55,616 nt of DNA from a virus (IMGVR_UViG_3300002098_000043:1-55616), one strand, 5' to 3'; positions 1 to 10,305 are shown, counted from the stretch's first letter. A program made the numbers and translations. Notes: generated by a model from the letters alone, not told the origin.

Positions 1-101
1 TGGGAATAATATTAGGACTAACTATTGGATACAATATAGCGAAACGAAAATTTAAACAACCAATTAAATAGAACAACATGGACAATAAGGAAATAGAGAA
101 A
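1..101 (+). repeat. Left copy of perfect 101-bp inverted repeat at window ends
   Basis: 1-101 is the exact reverse complement of 55516-55616; contains the start MDNKEIEK shared by ORFs 78..641 and 55096..55539. Confidence 0.97.
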
Positions 102-641
102 TCGCCCAAAAAAGTTATTAAAGAGCTTTATCACTTTGAAATAACAGACGATAATGAGTCCGATGATTGTGATTTGGATTGGACAGATGTATTGGATTTA
201 ATGAACCAATTTGCTTTCCAATTTTTAAAACAACAAACCCCCGTATCCATCCCCACTAAGTCCCCCTCATTAGTAAGTGAGATTGATTTAGAAGCTATGG
301 CTTTAAAAAAGTATCCTGTCGATATTCAAATGAAAGACGCGGGAGGCGCAACTGAAGATGTCAATCGAAGTGATAGATTTACTTATAAACAAGGACTTCG
401 TGATGCGTTCTCCACTCTTCTAGTAAAGGAAGGAGAGAAGGATTCTGAGGATTGGATTTCTGTTTCTGAAAAATTGCCCGAAAATGAAGGGGAGTATGTT
501 TTGGTTGCAAATAAAAACGGAATACATTATTCTATTCATATTTATAGAAACAAATTATGGTATGGTTATGGAAATGCCTATCATACAAATGAAATAACCC
601 ACTGGATGCCATTACCATCCCCTCCAAAAACTGAAAACTAA
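78..641 (+). CDS. Mosaic phage protein with C-terminal DUF551-like domain
   Basis: WISVSEKLP...VLV...THWMPLPSPP signature typical of DUF551. Confidence 0.75.
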   Translation: MDNKEIEKSPKKVIKELYHFEITDDNESDDCDLDWTDVLDLMNQFAFQFLKQQTPVSIPTKSPSLVSEIDLEAMALKKYPVDIQMKDAGGATEDVNRSDRFTYKQGLRDAFSTLLVKEGEKDSEDWISVSEKLPENEGEYVLVANKNGIHYSIHIYRNKLWYGYGNAYHTNEITHWMPLPSPPKTEN

Positions 642-652
642 AAATCTAAGAA

Positions 653-832
653 ATGATGAGTAAGGAGATAAGAAATGAAATTTTACAATCGAGTTATTGG
701 GAACATTTTAAAGCAGCGAAAGACTTAGCTCTTATATTGCCTTTAAACCATCCAAAGAGGATAAAAATAGAAAACGAAGTAAACAAATTGTCACAATCAC
801 TAACCATCCCTACTAAGGGAGTAAACAAATAA
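653..832 (+). CDS. Small hypothetical protein (59 aa, MMSKEIRNEILQSSYWEHFK...), not in ORF track
   Basis: Open frame ATG 653 to TAA 832 fills the gap between co-oriented genes. Confidence 0.65.
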   Translation: MMSKEIRNEILQSSYWEHFKAAKDLALILPLNHPKRIKIENEVNKLSQSLTIPTKGVNK

Positions 833-837
833 AGGAT

Positions 838-1044
838 ATGAGGATAGAAGAAATAAAAAAACAAATGTCTGAATACAGGGATTTTTACGGAGGTGATTTA
901 CTTGTATTTGATGAAATTGAAAAAGCAAAAACAAAAAAAGAATTGTCAAAAATAATAGATAGGCATTCTAGTAGATTAGAAGATATGCTGTCGGACGCCC
1001 ATTCTCATTTAGATAATTTTAAAAAAAAACTTGGATTAAAATAA
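838..1044 (+). CDS. Hypothetical protein
   Basis: Compact ORF starting at the end of a conserved homology block (aaggatATG). Confidence 0.7.
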   Translation: MRIEEIKKQMSEYRDFYGGDLLVFDEIEKAKTKKELSKIIDRHSSRLEDMLSDAHSHLDNFKKKLGLK

Positions 1045-1062
1045 TTAAAACACCCAAATAAG

Positions 1063-1701
1063 ATGAGCAACAAAAACAAGATATTAACAGAAGAGGACTA
1101 TGTAAAAGAATTTGTTGAACTGAATGGATTAGGCGCAACTGAAACAACGGGCATTATGAGTTTAAAACATTTTGAACAAATGCTCAGAGAATTTTCAGCC
1201 CTCAAAAACAAAGAACTATCTACCTCCCTCCAAGAAAAAGAAAAGGAGATACAGGAATACCACCAAAACAGCGTAACAAAAGGAACATATCTTGAGCTTG
1301 AGAAAGAATATTTTAATTGCTTAAAACTTCTTGAAAAAGAAATTGATAAACGAGTTGATTTGGAGGAGGAAATAGAAGAACTGAAAGGGGACAGAGATAG
1401 GCAGGGTGTGTTGATTTCTGATTTAAAAAATGCCATACCTCCGTTCAGAGTTGGTAAAAAACAAAAGAGAACAATACTTGATTCAACTGGACATGAGCTA
1501 GGTATTTTTACAACAGGACAAGAAAAAATCGCCCAACTGTTCTGCGATTTTTTAAACACAAACAACCAAAAAACATTAACCTCAGAATTGGAAGTAAAGA
1601 AGGGGGAGGGAGAAATACCTATTTGTGAAACGTGTGATGTAAAAGTATTACAAGAGGGCGGTTGTAAATGCGTTAAATGTGGTATGGTTTATCCTTTTTA
1701 A
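1063..1701 (+). CDS. Mosaic coiled-coil protein with C-terminal Cys zinc-finger
   Basis: Shares NKELSTSLQEKEKEI, EIEELK and ELExKKGEGE with 54014..54607; CxxC...CxxC tail. Confidence 0.75.
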   Translation: MSNKNKILTEEDYVKEFVELNGLGATETTGIMSLKHFEQMLREFSALKNKELSTSLQEKEKEIQEYHQNSVTKGTYLELEKEYFNCLKLLEKEIDKRVDLEEEIEELKGDRDRQGVLISDLKNAIPPFRVGKKQKRTILDSTGHELGIFTTGQEKIAQLFCDFLNTNNQKTLTSELEVKKGEGEIPICETCDVKVLQEGGCKCVKCGMVYPF

Positions 1702-1769
1702 AAATTTCAATACAGTAAAAACAAACCCCACTAATTAGTATATTTGAAGTATGGAAGCGGTTTAAAAGT

Positions 1770-2051
1770 TTAACAATCCATTAATGTTTTGGTCTTAGCT
1801 AACAACAACTCAATTTCGGGTTGAATTAAACACACATAATTTGGAGTGATATTAGAATTAGTTGTGGAATCAAAATTCTGAAAATAATATGTTTGTAATA
1901 TCAATGTCCATTGTATTAATAACATAAATTTTTGTTCATCACATTGTATTTCATCCCCGCTATTAAATCTTTGTATTAATTGTTGTGACCAACAACTAAC
2001 CGTACATTTAGCTTTTAAAACTGTATCATATATATCCTGAGCTAATAACAT
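1770..2051 (-). CDS. Putative tail hub/structural protein
   Basis: Last gene of the structural operon, abutting upstream gene; Cys-containing. Confidence 0.5.
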   Translation of the reverse strand: MLLAQDIYDTVLKAKCTVSCWSQQLIQRFNSGDEIQCDEQKFMLLIQWTLILQTYYFQNFDSTTNSNITPNYVCLIQPEIELLLAKTKTLMDC

Positions 2052-2522
2052 TTATTGAAAAATTTGATTAGAAATTGACCAAGATGTAACTATTGGAGTT
2101 GGACTACCCGTACTAGCTAATAACCCTACAGAAATAGCTGCCCCATCCACAACATTAGTTAATTGTCCTATAATACTTATTTGTCCATAAGATGTCCCTG
2201 CTATAGGAGAAGCAATAGTTACTTTACTAATATTATAAGGTAATGTTGATGGAACGCCATTATAATTTAATGTGGCTTTTGCTAAAAAAACATCTGTTGC
2301 CTGAACCTCAGCATTAAATATAATACTAACTGTGTTAGTTGGATTCTTAATTATTCCAGCGGGAATTGTTACAGAAGCCACGGTTATCCCCGATCCTGAA
2401 TTATAAATGTTAGTAGATATAGGAGAACTACCTGAAGTAGCTACTATTACAGAAGAACCACTCCCATCCGCACCTTTTTGTACTGTTATTGAACCGCAAT
2501 TGCAGTTAGAAAATCCACACAT
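2052..2522 (-). CDS. Putative fibre/structural protein
   Basis: N-terminal CGxxxCNC, GADG linker, S/T/G-rich beta C-terminus. Confidence 0.5.
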   Translation of the reverse strand: MCGFSNCNCGSITVQKGADGSGSSVIVATSGSSPISTNIYNSGSGITVASVTIPAGIIKNPTNTVSIIFNAEVQATDVFLAKATLNYNGVPSTLPYNISKVTIASPIAGTSYGQISIIGQLTNVVDGAAISVGLLASTGSPTPIVTSWSISNQIFQ

Positions 2523-2542
2523 AATATTTTTATTTTAAATTA

Positions 2543-3151
2543 TTAATTACACCCACATCCATTAGAACATATATCATTAGCTTTATTTAAAGCCGCTACT
2601 GCATTATCTGAATTACCTACATCCGCCGAAAAATTCGCGGCTAATAGATAACTATAAGCCCTCATTGCATTTAACCAACTTTTTTCAGAGCATCCGCAAT
2701 TGGGATCAATTTTTTGAAACATTTTTGATATGCAGCAACATGTTGAACAATTAACTAATGTTTCAATAGTACCTGTATATGAAAAACCACTTCCGTTTAC
2801 TGTATAAGTTATATCATAAACACCATCATTAATCGTTGGGATTGTTACGTTTGTATAAGTTGCAGCTAAATCAAAACTTGTTAAAGGAAATACTGTTGAA
2901 GATAATTGAGAATAAATATCAACTGCCGTTGCGCCGTTAACCGATACTGCACATGCAGTTATTACATTAGATATGATTGTAAATGTGTATATAACTGTTG
3001 AACTAGTCGTAGCATAATTTATATTTATAATAGCTTGCGTTACTTGTGATGAAGTTATAGCGCTTCCTGTATAGACAGTAGCATCTGTGAATAACAATGT
3101 TGTACAACTATTGTTTGTAACTACTTGTGGTGTAATATTTGGTGCGGACAT
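2543..3151 (-). CDS. Putative crAss-like tail hub protein
   Basis: Beta-rich N-terminus, DGVY motif, Cys-rich helical C-terminus ending GCGCN, as recalled for crAss-like hub proteins. Confidence 0.5.
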   Translation of the reverse strand: MSAPNITPQVVTNNSCTTLLFTDATVYTGSAITSSQVTQAIININYATTSSTVIYTFTIISNVITACAVSVNGATAVDIYSQLSSTVFPLTSFDLAATYTNVTIPTINDGVYDITYTVNGSGFSYTGTIETLVNCSTCCCISKMFQKIDPNCGCSEKSWLNAMRAYSYLLAANFSADVGNSDNAVAALNKANDICSNGCGCN

Positions 3152-3199
3152 TTGTTCTTTAATTTGGAGTAAATATACTAAATATTAAACCTCAGCAAA

Positions 3200-3890
3200 A
3201 TTAGTTTTTTAACATAAACCTCAACAATTCTATGGCGGCCTTATTGCCTCAACACCCAACCGCACAGGTTTCCATATTGTAACATAACATCCAATTATAG
3301 TTGGCGTATCCTAACTGCTAAAATACTGATTTCAAGCGCCGAACTATAATATATCGGGCATATATATACAAAGAGGGACAAGGAAAAACATAGTTATAAC
3401 GACTTAATTAGAAATCCCAAGAACAGCAGAAATTTAACATTGCTTCTTGTCCCATTTGGGATATAGATGCCGCTGGGAATCTTATCAAGTCTACTTATTT
3501 TGATAATAGATAAGACAGCAGAATGTCTATCACGCCAACCGTCAATACCCCAAGAAACATACATTGTACTTCCGTCAGAAAAGATAAATCTCGACACTGA
3601 ATGTAAAAATAATGTAATTTATTTAAAAGATTCTTTAAAAAAGAAATAATCAAAATATATCCGTCAGAGTTTGGAAGGAGATTATACTAACGGTCTCTGG
3701 CTTACTATTTCGATTTCTTTGAAATCGTAGTTCCATCATCCCGATGAAATTTTTGCCCTTCCGCTTCGTGTCTCCTAACGGTCGACACCCAAAGGCTATT
3801 GTAACATAACGTGCAATTATCCTTCGTAAACTTCCGATAATTAACATTATGTGTAAATAACCCCTTCGCAAAAATTTCATATTCTTCATT
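3200..3890 (-). ncRNA. Candidate large structured non-coding RNA
   Basis: Many nested stems, G-U pairs favouring the minus strand, internal repeats, upstream promoter, no convincing ORF. Confidence 0.5.
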
Positions 3891-3898
3891 GTTTTATT

Positions 3899-3930
3899 TA
3901 CTTATACTACAAAGATAAGTAAAAGGTTTC
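3899..3930 (-). promoter_or_regulatory. Promoter: TATCTTTG (-7) overlapping GAAACC-N16-AGTATAA ECF-like motif
   Basis: caaagata at 3910-3917; same layout as 48711-48741. Confidence 0.55.
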
Positions 3931-3931
3931 A

Positions 3932-6900
3932 TTATTCAATAACTTTTTCAATAATATCTATTGATTTCTTGGCTGGTAATAATTTACGAATGTCTTTTAA
4001 CAGATTCTTTTGCTTTTCACCTTCTAAATCTGATATATCCCCCACTATATCCACGAATTTCTCTAAAGTACCCATCGCCGCAACTGGACGCTTAACCATG
4101 AATTTAAGCTGATCTGTATCGAATATAAATAACAAGTTGCCTAAGGCGTTTTCTGCGTCTAAAGCAGTTTTCTTTTTCTTATCGTCGTCGCCTTGATTAG
4201 CCAGTGACCAAAACAATACAACAGTCATAGCCCCTTTAAGGTTACTCATAAAGTTTTTGTTATTGTATAACACCTTTAGTTTTTCAGGAGTTGAATTCGC
4301 TTCTTTAAGTTCAGATTTTAAATCTTTATACGCATCTCCGAACATTTCACGCCACGATCCGCGTTTGGTCTTACCATCACGGGTAATATATTCAGAACCA
4401 TAACGTTCAGCCCACCAATCCAACGCCCATAAGCGAAATTGAAGCCCGACCTTACCAGCTTCATTGTTTTGAATATTACGTTGGTCTTTATCACTATACT
4501 TACCTTGAATATCCGATACTCTATTTTTATAACCAATTAAACGGTTCTTGAGTGCTTTTTCATCCACGCCTTCCTTAACAACTAATTCATCCACGCCGTG
4601 TTCATTCTTTTTATACTCAAAGCTGTTATAATCTTCATCAGTCATTAATCCTAAGAACAGCGACCCTTGAATCTGAAACTCACCATAACGAGTTAAGGCA
4701 TGCCCTAATTCTGAGAATAATTGTCCTGCATAAAGTTTAGGATTAGAACTATAATCAACTGATACTACATCGTATTTACGCAAAATATCCATAGCGTAAG
4801 GATTGATTAATCCGCCACCATAATTACGATCAACTTTATGTTTTCCTAATTCTCCAAACAAACGTTTATGACCTATACCAACTGTTTTGCCATTCTCAGC
4901 ACGCCAGTTATTGTACACTCCGATTGCTAAGTTCATAATACCCGCAGGAACGTTAAATAACATAGTTGTTGAAGATGTCATAAAGCGTAAAAACCTCAAC
5001 ATTAAATCTATTTCAGGTAATATTTGTTTAGGATTTTTAAACAAGTGTAAATCTTTCCATTCTTTAACATATTTAACAACGTTTGGTTTAGCTAAATGTT
5101 CACCATATCCTTTATCGTTTAAATGCTCTATTGCATTAATTATAGGTACAAGTTTGCTATAATGCTTAACGTGTGTCATATCATCTATAAACTCAATTCC
5201 AGCCCTATAAAAATCTTTACTATATCCCCTATCCTTATCGCGTGGTTTATCAAATTTACTTGACAGCACCCCTTTATTATCTACTGAATATTGGCTGTTA
5301 TTTTTAACCAATAATGGGTTTTCCTTTTCATCAACGTTAACACCCTTCTTTAATTGAAGTCTTGCCTGACGATTATATTTAAGTAACAGCGCTAACGATT
5401 TAACTTTACTAACCGCATCTTTTTTGCCATATTCAACAATATTATTCTCAATATCCCCAAATGGCATTACTGATTCAATTTTTGTGTCTGGGTCTTTGAA
5501 TTTAATTCTAACCTGTTTTAAGTTATAATTAGTTCCTAAAAAATTACTAAATGCTTGAGTTATTCCATTTTGTTTATAAGCTTCTCTAAATGAAGGATCA
5601 GTTTTAAGAACTTGTAATGGCATATTGTAAATATCCCCATCCACCAAATTTTTATGTTCTGCGATTAATTCACGATAGAACTTTAAAAAATTAATTTGCG
5701 CTTCACTCAATCCATTATTTTCAGCTTCCTCAACGGTTAACATTTCACCTTTTCCATTATCAATCCAATCAAAATATTTAGCACTGTCTTTAAACGCTAA
5801 TGCCTTTCCTTTTTCTACAATATCCAATCCCTTGTTAAGTTCTTTTATGACAACAGTTCCTAATTTCTCAAAGGTATTTTTCTTTTCTTTTGCATCTGCA
5901 ACTTTATCAAAACTTGCTTCATCAAACATTTTACCAAAAGCCTGTAATTCAGGAACTTTTTCAGTCATGTGACCTAAGTTCTTTACCCAAACATCTTTTG
6001 CTGAAATATCTGCCTTATTAGCTATTTCTTCAATAAATTTCTCGTTCTTGCTCAATTCTCCTTTTTGATTTCTAAATATAGCATAACCAAGTTTACTCAT
6101 AATATTAGACTCAACTGTTTTACGCGCCGCTTCTTGAAAAGCATTTACAACATTATACAATTCAATCATACCATCAATATACTCTTGTTCGGTTATTTTA
6201 CCATTAGTAGCTTTATTTTCTAATTCGCGGATGTCTTCATCTAAAGTAGCTGCCCACTTCATATCTTCTCTATATTCAAACCAAGCTCTTAAATCCTGTT
6301 TCTTTTTATTTTCTAAAACCTGTTTAAGTTTTTCAATTTCATTAATTTCTTCTTCCGTTAAATCAGTATTTTCTAATGCTTGATTTACCCTATTTAAATT
6401 TTCAGCTTCTGCTACAATATCACGTTTTAAAACTTCTCTTGCGTATTGCTCAAAATTCAAAGTCAGTTTTTTAATCTGTTGTTCTTTAGATAATTCTTCA
6501 AATTTCTTATGTAATTGTTCATCCTGAATATTAAATTCATCAGTTTTTAAATTAATTCCCCACACTATTTGCTTCGCTAAGCTCTTAGCAATATTTTCAT
6601 CTATCCCAAATAATTGTTTTAGTCTGTTGAAAATATATTCAAGATATTTCATAAAGACATTTTTTTCACTCTCTTTATCAAATATCCCTTCGCCTTCTCT
6701 ACCAATAGCCTCAGCCAATACTTCATATCCTAAATTTTGTTCATTTAATTCAGGATAACGCTCTTTAGTAATGCTCCATAATTCAGTTCCTTTTAACTGC
6801 TTAATGGCATTAGCAATCACTTTATTATTCATTCCTCCCAACACATCAATAAGAATATGTCCTGCTTCATGTATAGGAGTATCAATTCCCGCAAAATAAG

Positions 6901-9900
6901 GGTTTATAGAGAGTGTTTTATTGGAAGGCGACCATTTACCAGCTGCGTCTAATTTTTTATCATATATGACTTTTATATTAGGTAATACGGATTGTATATG
7001 TTGAGTAACTTTTAATATAGCTTCGTGTTTATCAAGTTCTAAAGTTGGAGTTGACTCCTTTTGTTTCTGAAACACATCTTCATCCCCTTCTTTTCTGCGA
7101 ATAATATCAATTATTTTATTACCCCAAATATAAAATTCATTCTGATTTTCGGAAAGTTTAGTTATTTCATCATTGCCTAATTTTTCAATCTCATCAACAA
7201 TGTCATTAAATGTATTTTCAATCCCTTCATTTTCTGCTTTAGTAAATTTCTCAGAAATAGCTTTTTCCATTGGATTTATTTTTTCTTTCCAACGATCAGC
7301 TAAATTTTGTGCCATATCGGTTCTGTTATCAAAACCAGATAATACTTCTTCAACAGCGTTTAAATAATCACTTGTATCGTATTTTAAATCAGAATTAGCT
7401 TCCCATAATTCATGGGCTATTTCTTGCCTTGTAAGTCCGTGTTTATAAGACCATAAAGTCCATCGACTCTTTTTTTCATTTACATCTCCCTTAAAATATT
7501 TAAGCAAATCATTTCCTTCAACAAGACCATTCTTAATAAAGAATTGAAGCGCTAAATCATAAGGAGTGTTGGCTTCAATTTCCAAAGCCTTTAAACGAAT
7601 AGGTTCTTTTATTTTTCTTTTGTGTCTTGGCTTGCCTTTTGTTTTAAGGCGAGTTTGCGACACTTCTCCAGAAATTTCTTCATTGTTTCTGGTGGTAGAT
7701 TCCGTTCGTGTAACGGCATCCCCTTCTGTTGTGTGTTGTCCTTCATTGATTGCTTCTACGATTTTTTCTGTTTCAGGTTGCGTATTCTCATTTTTATTGC
7801 TAATAGTCTCAACGCTAGGTTGATTTTCTCCAGACGGTCTGTTAATTGCTTCGATTTCATTTTTAGTTAATTTAACTGTTTTTAAATGTTGAAGTTCCTC
7901 ATTTTCTTTTTCTTCTATTTCTTGGGCTTTTTCTTCACCCATCTTTAAAGCCCTATTCTCAAAATATTTTTCATTAGCCTTCCCCTTATCTTCTTCTCTT
8001 ACATATCCTACATGTTTCCCTGTTTCTGCATTATATACAGGTAAAACAATGCGTCCTGTTGTTAATCTTACTGGTTTAATAACAACTTTATGTCCATCAA
8101 AATCTTTAGGTAAATTCTCTATATGTAAATGTCCGCGAAGCTTACTTTTAGTATCAGTAGCAGATGAGGCAAATATCACATACTTATCATTAGGTAATTT
8201 AATATGAACCGTATCATTTCCCTCCTTCATTAGCTTCATTTCACCAACCTGAACCTCATTAGAAGTATCTAAATGTTCTGATAATATTTTAAATTTATCC
8301 CACGCTCGTTTCTGATTCCAATCACTAGTTGGTATCTCTTCAAATATTCTTGTTTCAACTACTTCAGGTTTCTTTGGTTTATTTTCAACCTCAGCAAGTT
8401 CACCTTTATGTTTTTCAAACAAGTCTTTAATACCAGTAACAAATTCTACTTTCTTTTCCCCTTCTTTTGGTTCAGGAGTTAAATTTTTATCAATTTCTTC
8501 AACCGTCTTTTTTGCGGATGTTGTTTCTTTTTTAAGAACTTGTGATTTAAGTAAAATTTCATCAACTTCTTTTTGAATATCCTTCGCCTCTTTCTTTAAA
8601 GTTTGAATTTTAGCCTGTTCAATAGCATTCAATTTATCTTCTTCGTATTCACTTGGGATTTGATTTTCAAGATTAGCCTTTTCAAATGTTAACTCAAATA
8701 CACGTTTCTTATCTTCATCCTTTAATTTAGTATCACGGGTTTGATTATAATATTCTTTATAAGCATTTACTTTAAATGCAGCTTCATCCGCTTCTTGTTT
8801 TGTAATTTTCCCCTGAGACAATTCATTATTAAGATTCTTGTGAAACGCATATATTTTACCCAAATCTCCCTTAGCAATATCAAAAGCGCTATTATTCTGA
8901 GCTTCCTGTTTTGCCATTGCTTTTGCTTTATTATAAGCAACTACTGTTGGCGTTCCGCCAATAAGTCCAGCCATTCCATTTTGGATATATTCACCAAATG
9001 ATTCAGGGCTAAAAGCATCTGTACCGAATTTCTTCTTTTCGGCTGGCGTTAATTTATCCCATAATTGCTCTCCTGCATTTTGAACGAATTGCTGTAAAGC
9101 TTCTTGTCCGCCTTCTGCTAATACATCCTTTGTAGTTAGCTGTCCGATTTTCTTAGCAACCTGAGTATAGCCAGTAGCAGTTACTTTAAGTAATTCCTGC
9201 ATACCATCTTTAGTAATTTTACCCTCAGCGTCCCGCGGAACACCTTTACCAAGCGCTTTTAAAAATGCGTTCTTTTCTTCTTTAGCTACAGGGCTACCAA
9301 ACATCTTTGTTCCCAGACCCCACTTAACATCAATAGCTGAAACTATTGGCGCTACAACAGAGGTAAATAACGCTCTATCGCGTCCTGTTAAGCCAGCTTC
9401 AGTAGCAGCGTCCCTAACTTCACCTAAGTTAGTTAAAGTCGATCCTACCATATTAGCAACAATTTGGGTCTTTTTACCTAAATCCGCCACTCCTAACGCG
9501 CCTTTAGCTGCTTTTGATGCTGCACTGCCACCTACATAAAATTCACCAACAGAACCAAGTAACCCGTTAACCGTTCCCCATAAAGCTTCAGGACTTACAT
9601 CTATACGTTTAGAGTCTAGTAAATCCGACCACTCATCAATACCTTGTGTATTAAATAAAGACTTTTGTAAATCTTCGTCTTTTGTAGCCTTTAAATAATT
9701 AGCCGAATTTTTTAATGTGTTAAGCCATTCCGATTCTTTATTAGTTACACCTTCATATCCTGTTTGTAATAAATCAATAACATTTTCTGCGGATGAGGGC
9801 AATACATTCCATATTGTTTTAGCTAAGTCCGTAAATGGATTGTCATCATTAGCATCTTTTTGGCTTCCCCAAATACTTGCTATTTCATGTCCTACTGGCG

Positions 9901-10303
9901 GACGCTCATTATTCTTTAATGGACGCGGAATACCCTTGTCATCAAAATAATATTTACTGTTATTAGAAACCTCTGTTCCGAAGATAGTACTCATCCCGTT
10001 TTGTTTTGGATGCTTACCTTGTAATGTTAAAATAGCATTACTTAATTCTTCTCCCTTAACACCTTTTAAAGTTAAATCCTTAATAGTTTCTTTTTTACTG
10101 TCGTCTAAATCTGGGATATTATTTATTGTTTCAATAAATGTAGCCGTTGCATCTTGTTTATTCTGAAGCTTAGTTAAAGGATCAACTGTAATAGTTTCAG
10201 TAGCTTTAAATGGCTTATGTGGATTAAAAGCGGGTTTAGCTGAAATATTTTCAGGAGTAAATGGTTTATTTGGATCAAATACTGGTTTAACGTCTTCAGG
10301 CAT
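3932..10303 (-). CDS. Giant virion cargo/ejection protein with zincin (HExxH) metallopeptidase-like domain
   Basis: 2123 aa; PIHEAGH followed by downstream EVLAEAIG; FDPNKPF repeats at N-terminus; position after muzzle and other cargo genes. Confidence 0.7.
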   Translation of the reverse strand: MPEDVKPVFDPNKPFTPENISAKPAFNPHKPFKATETITVDPLTKLQNKQDATATFIETINNIPDLDDSKKETIKDLTLKGVKGEELSNAILTLQGKHPKQNGMSTIFGTEVSNNSKYYFDDKGIPRPLKNNERPPVGHEIASIWGSQKDANDDNPFTDLAKTIWNVLPSSAENVIDLLQTGYEGVTNKESEWLNTLKNSANYLKATKDEDLQKSLFNTQGIDEWSDLLDSKRIDVSPEALWGTVNGLLGSVGEFYVGGSAASKAAKGALGVADLGKKTQIVANMVGSTLTNLGEVRDAATEAGLTGRDRALFTSVVAPIVSAIDVKWGLGTKMFGSPVAKEEKNAFLKALGKGVPRDAEGKITKDGMQELLKVTATGYTQVAKKIGQLTTKDVLAEGGQEALQQFVQNAGEQLWDKLTPAEKKKFGTDAFSPESFGEYIQNGMAGLIGGTPTVVAYNKAKAMAKQEAQNNSAFDIAKGDLGKIYAFHKNLNNELSQGKITKQEADEAAFKVNAYKEYYNQTRDTKLKDEDKKRVFELTFEKANLENQIPSEYEEDKLNAIEQAKIQTLKKEAKDIQKEVDEILLKSQVLKKETTSAKKTVEEIDKNLTPEPKEGEKKVEFVTGIKDLFEKHKGELAEVENKPKKPEVVETRIFEEIPTSDWNQKRAWDKFKILSEHLDTSNEVQVGEMKLMKEGNDTVHIKLPNDKYVIFASSATDTKSKLRGHLHIENLPKDFDGHKVVIKPVRLTTGRIVLPVYNAETGKHVGYVREEDKGKANEKYFENRALKMGEEKAQEIEEKENEELQHLKTVKLTKNEIEAINRPSGENQPSVETISNKNENTQPETEKIVEAINEGQHTTEGDAVTRTESTTRNNEEISGEVSQTRLKTKGKPRHKRKIKEPIRLKALEIEANTPYDLALQFFIKNGLVEGNDLLKYFKGDVNEKKSRWTLWSYKHGLTRQEIAHELWEANSDLKYDTSDYLNAVEEVLSGFDNRTDMAQNLADRWKEKINPMEKAISEKFTKAENEGIENTFNDIVDEIEKLGNDEITKLSENQNEFYIWGNKIIDIIRRKEGDEDVFQKQKESTPTLELDKHEAILKVTQHIQSVLPNIKVIYDKKLDAAGKWSPSNKTLSINPYFAGIDTPIHEAGHILIDVLGGMNNKVIANAIKQLKGTELWSITKERYPELNEQNLGYEVLAEAIGREGEGIFDKESEKNVFMKYLEYIFNRLKQLFGIDENIAKSLAKQIVWGINLKTDEFNIQDEQLHKKFEELSKEQQIKKLTLNFEQYAREVLKRDIVAEAENLNRVNQALENTDLTEEEINEIEKLKQVLENKKKQDLRAWFEYREDMKWAATLDEDIRELENKATNGKITEQEYIDGMIELYNVVNAFQEAARKTVESNIMSKLGYAIFRNQKGELSKNEKFIEEIANKADISAKDVWVKNLGHMTEKVPELQAFGKMFDEASFDKVADAKEKKNTFEKLGTVVIKELNKGLDIVEKGKALAFKDSAKYFDWIDNGKGEMLTVEEAENNGLSEAQINFLKFYRELIAEHKNLVDGDIYNMPLQVLKTDPSFREAYKQNGITQAFSNFLGTNYNLKQVRIKFKDPDTKIESVMPFGDIENNIVEYGKKDAVSKVKSLALLLKYNRQARLQLKKGVNVDEKENPLLVKNNSQYSVDNKGVLSSKFDKPRDKDRGYSKDFYRAGIEFIDDMTHVKHYSKLVPIINAIEHLNDKGYGEHLAKPNVVKYVKEWKDLHLFKNPKQILPEIDLMLRFLRFMTSSTTMLFNVPAGIMNLAIGVYNNWRAENGKTVGIGHKRLFGELGKHKVDRNYGGGLINPYAMDILRKYDVVSVDYSSNPKLYAGQLFSELGHALTRYGEFQIQGSLFLGLMTDEDYNSFEYKKNEHGVDELVVKEGVDEKALKNRLIGYKNRVSDIQGKYSDKDQRNIQNNEAGKVGLQFRLWALDWWAERYGSEYITRDGKTKRGSWREMFGDAYKDLKSELKEANSTPEKLKVLYNNKNFMSNLKGAMTVVLFWSLANQGDDDKKKKTALDAENALGNLLFIFDTDQLKFMVKRPVAAMGTLEKFVDIVGDISDLEGEKQKNLLKDIRKLLPAKKSIDIIEKVIE

Positions 10304-10305
10304 AA

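Noticed and set aside
3394-3889. ORFs 3394..3597, 3467..3649 and 3650..3889 as proteins
   Set aside because: Atypical composition, mutual overlap and extensive base pairing; 3650..3889 does have a plausible start context, so it is not fully excluded
8085-8110. DFDGH in the 2123-aa protein resembling the RNAP DFDGD/DFDID loop
   Set aside because: Third Asp is absent and there is no surrounding RNAP context
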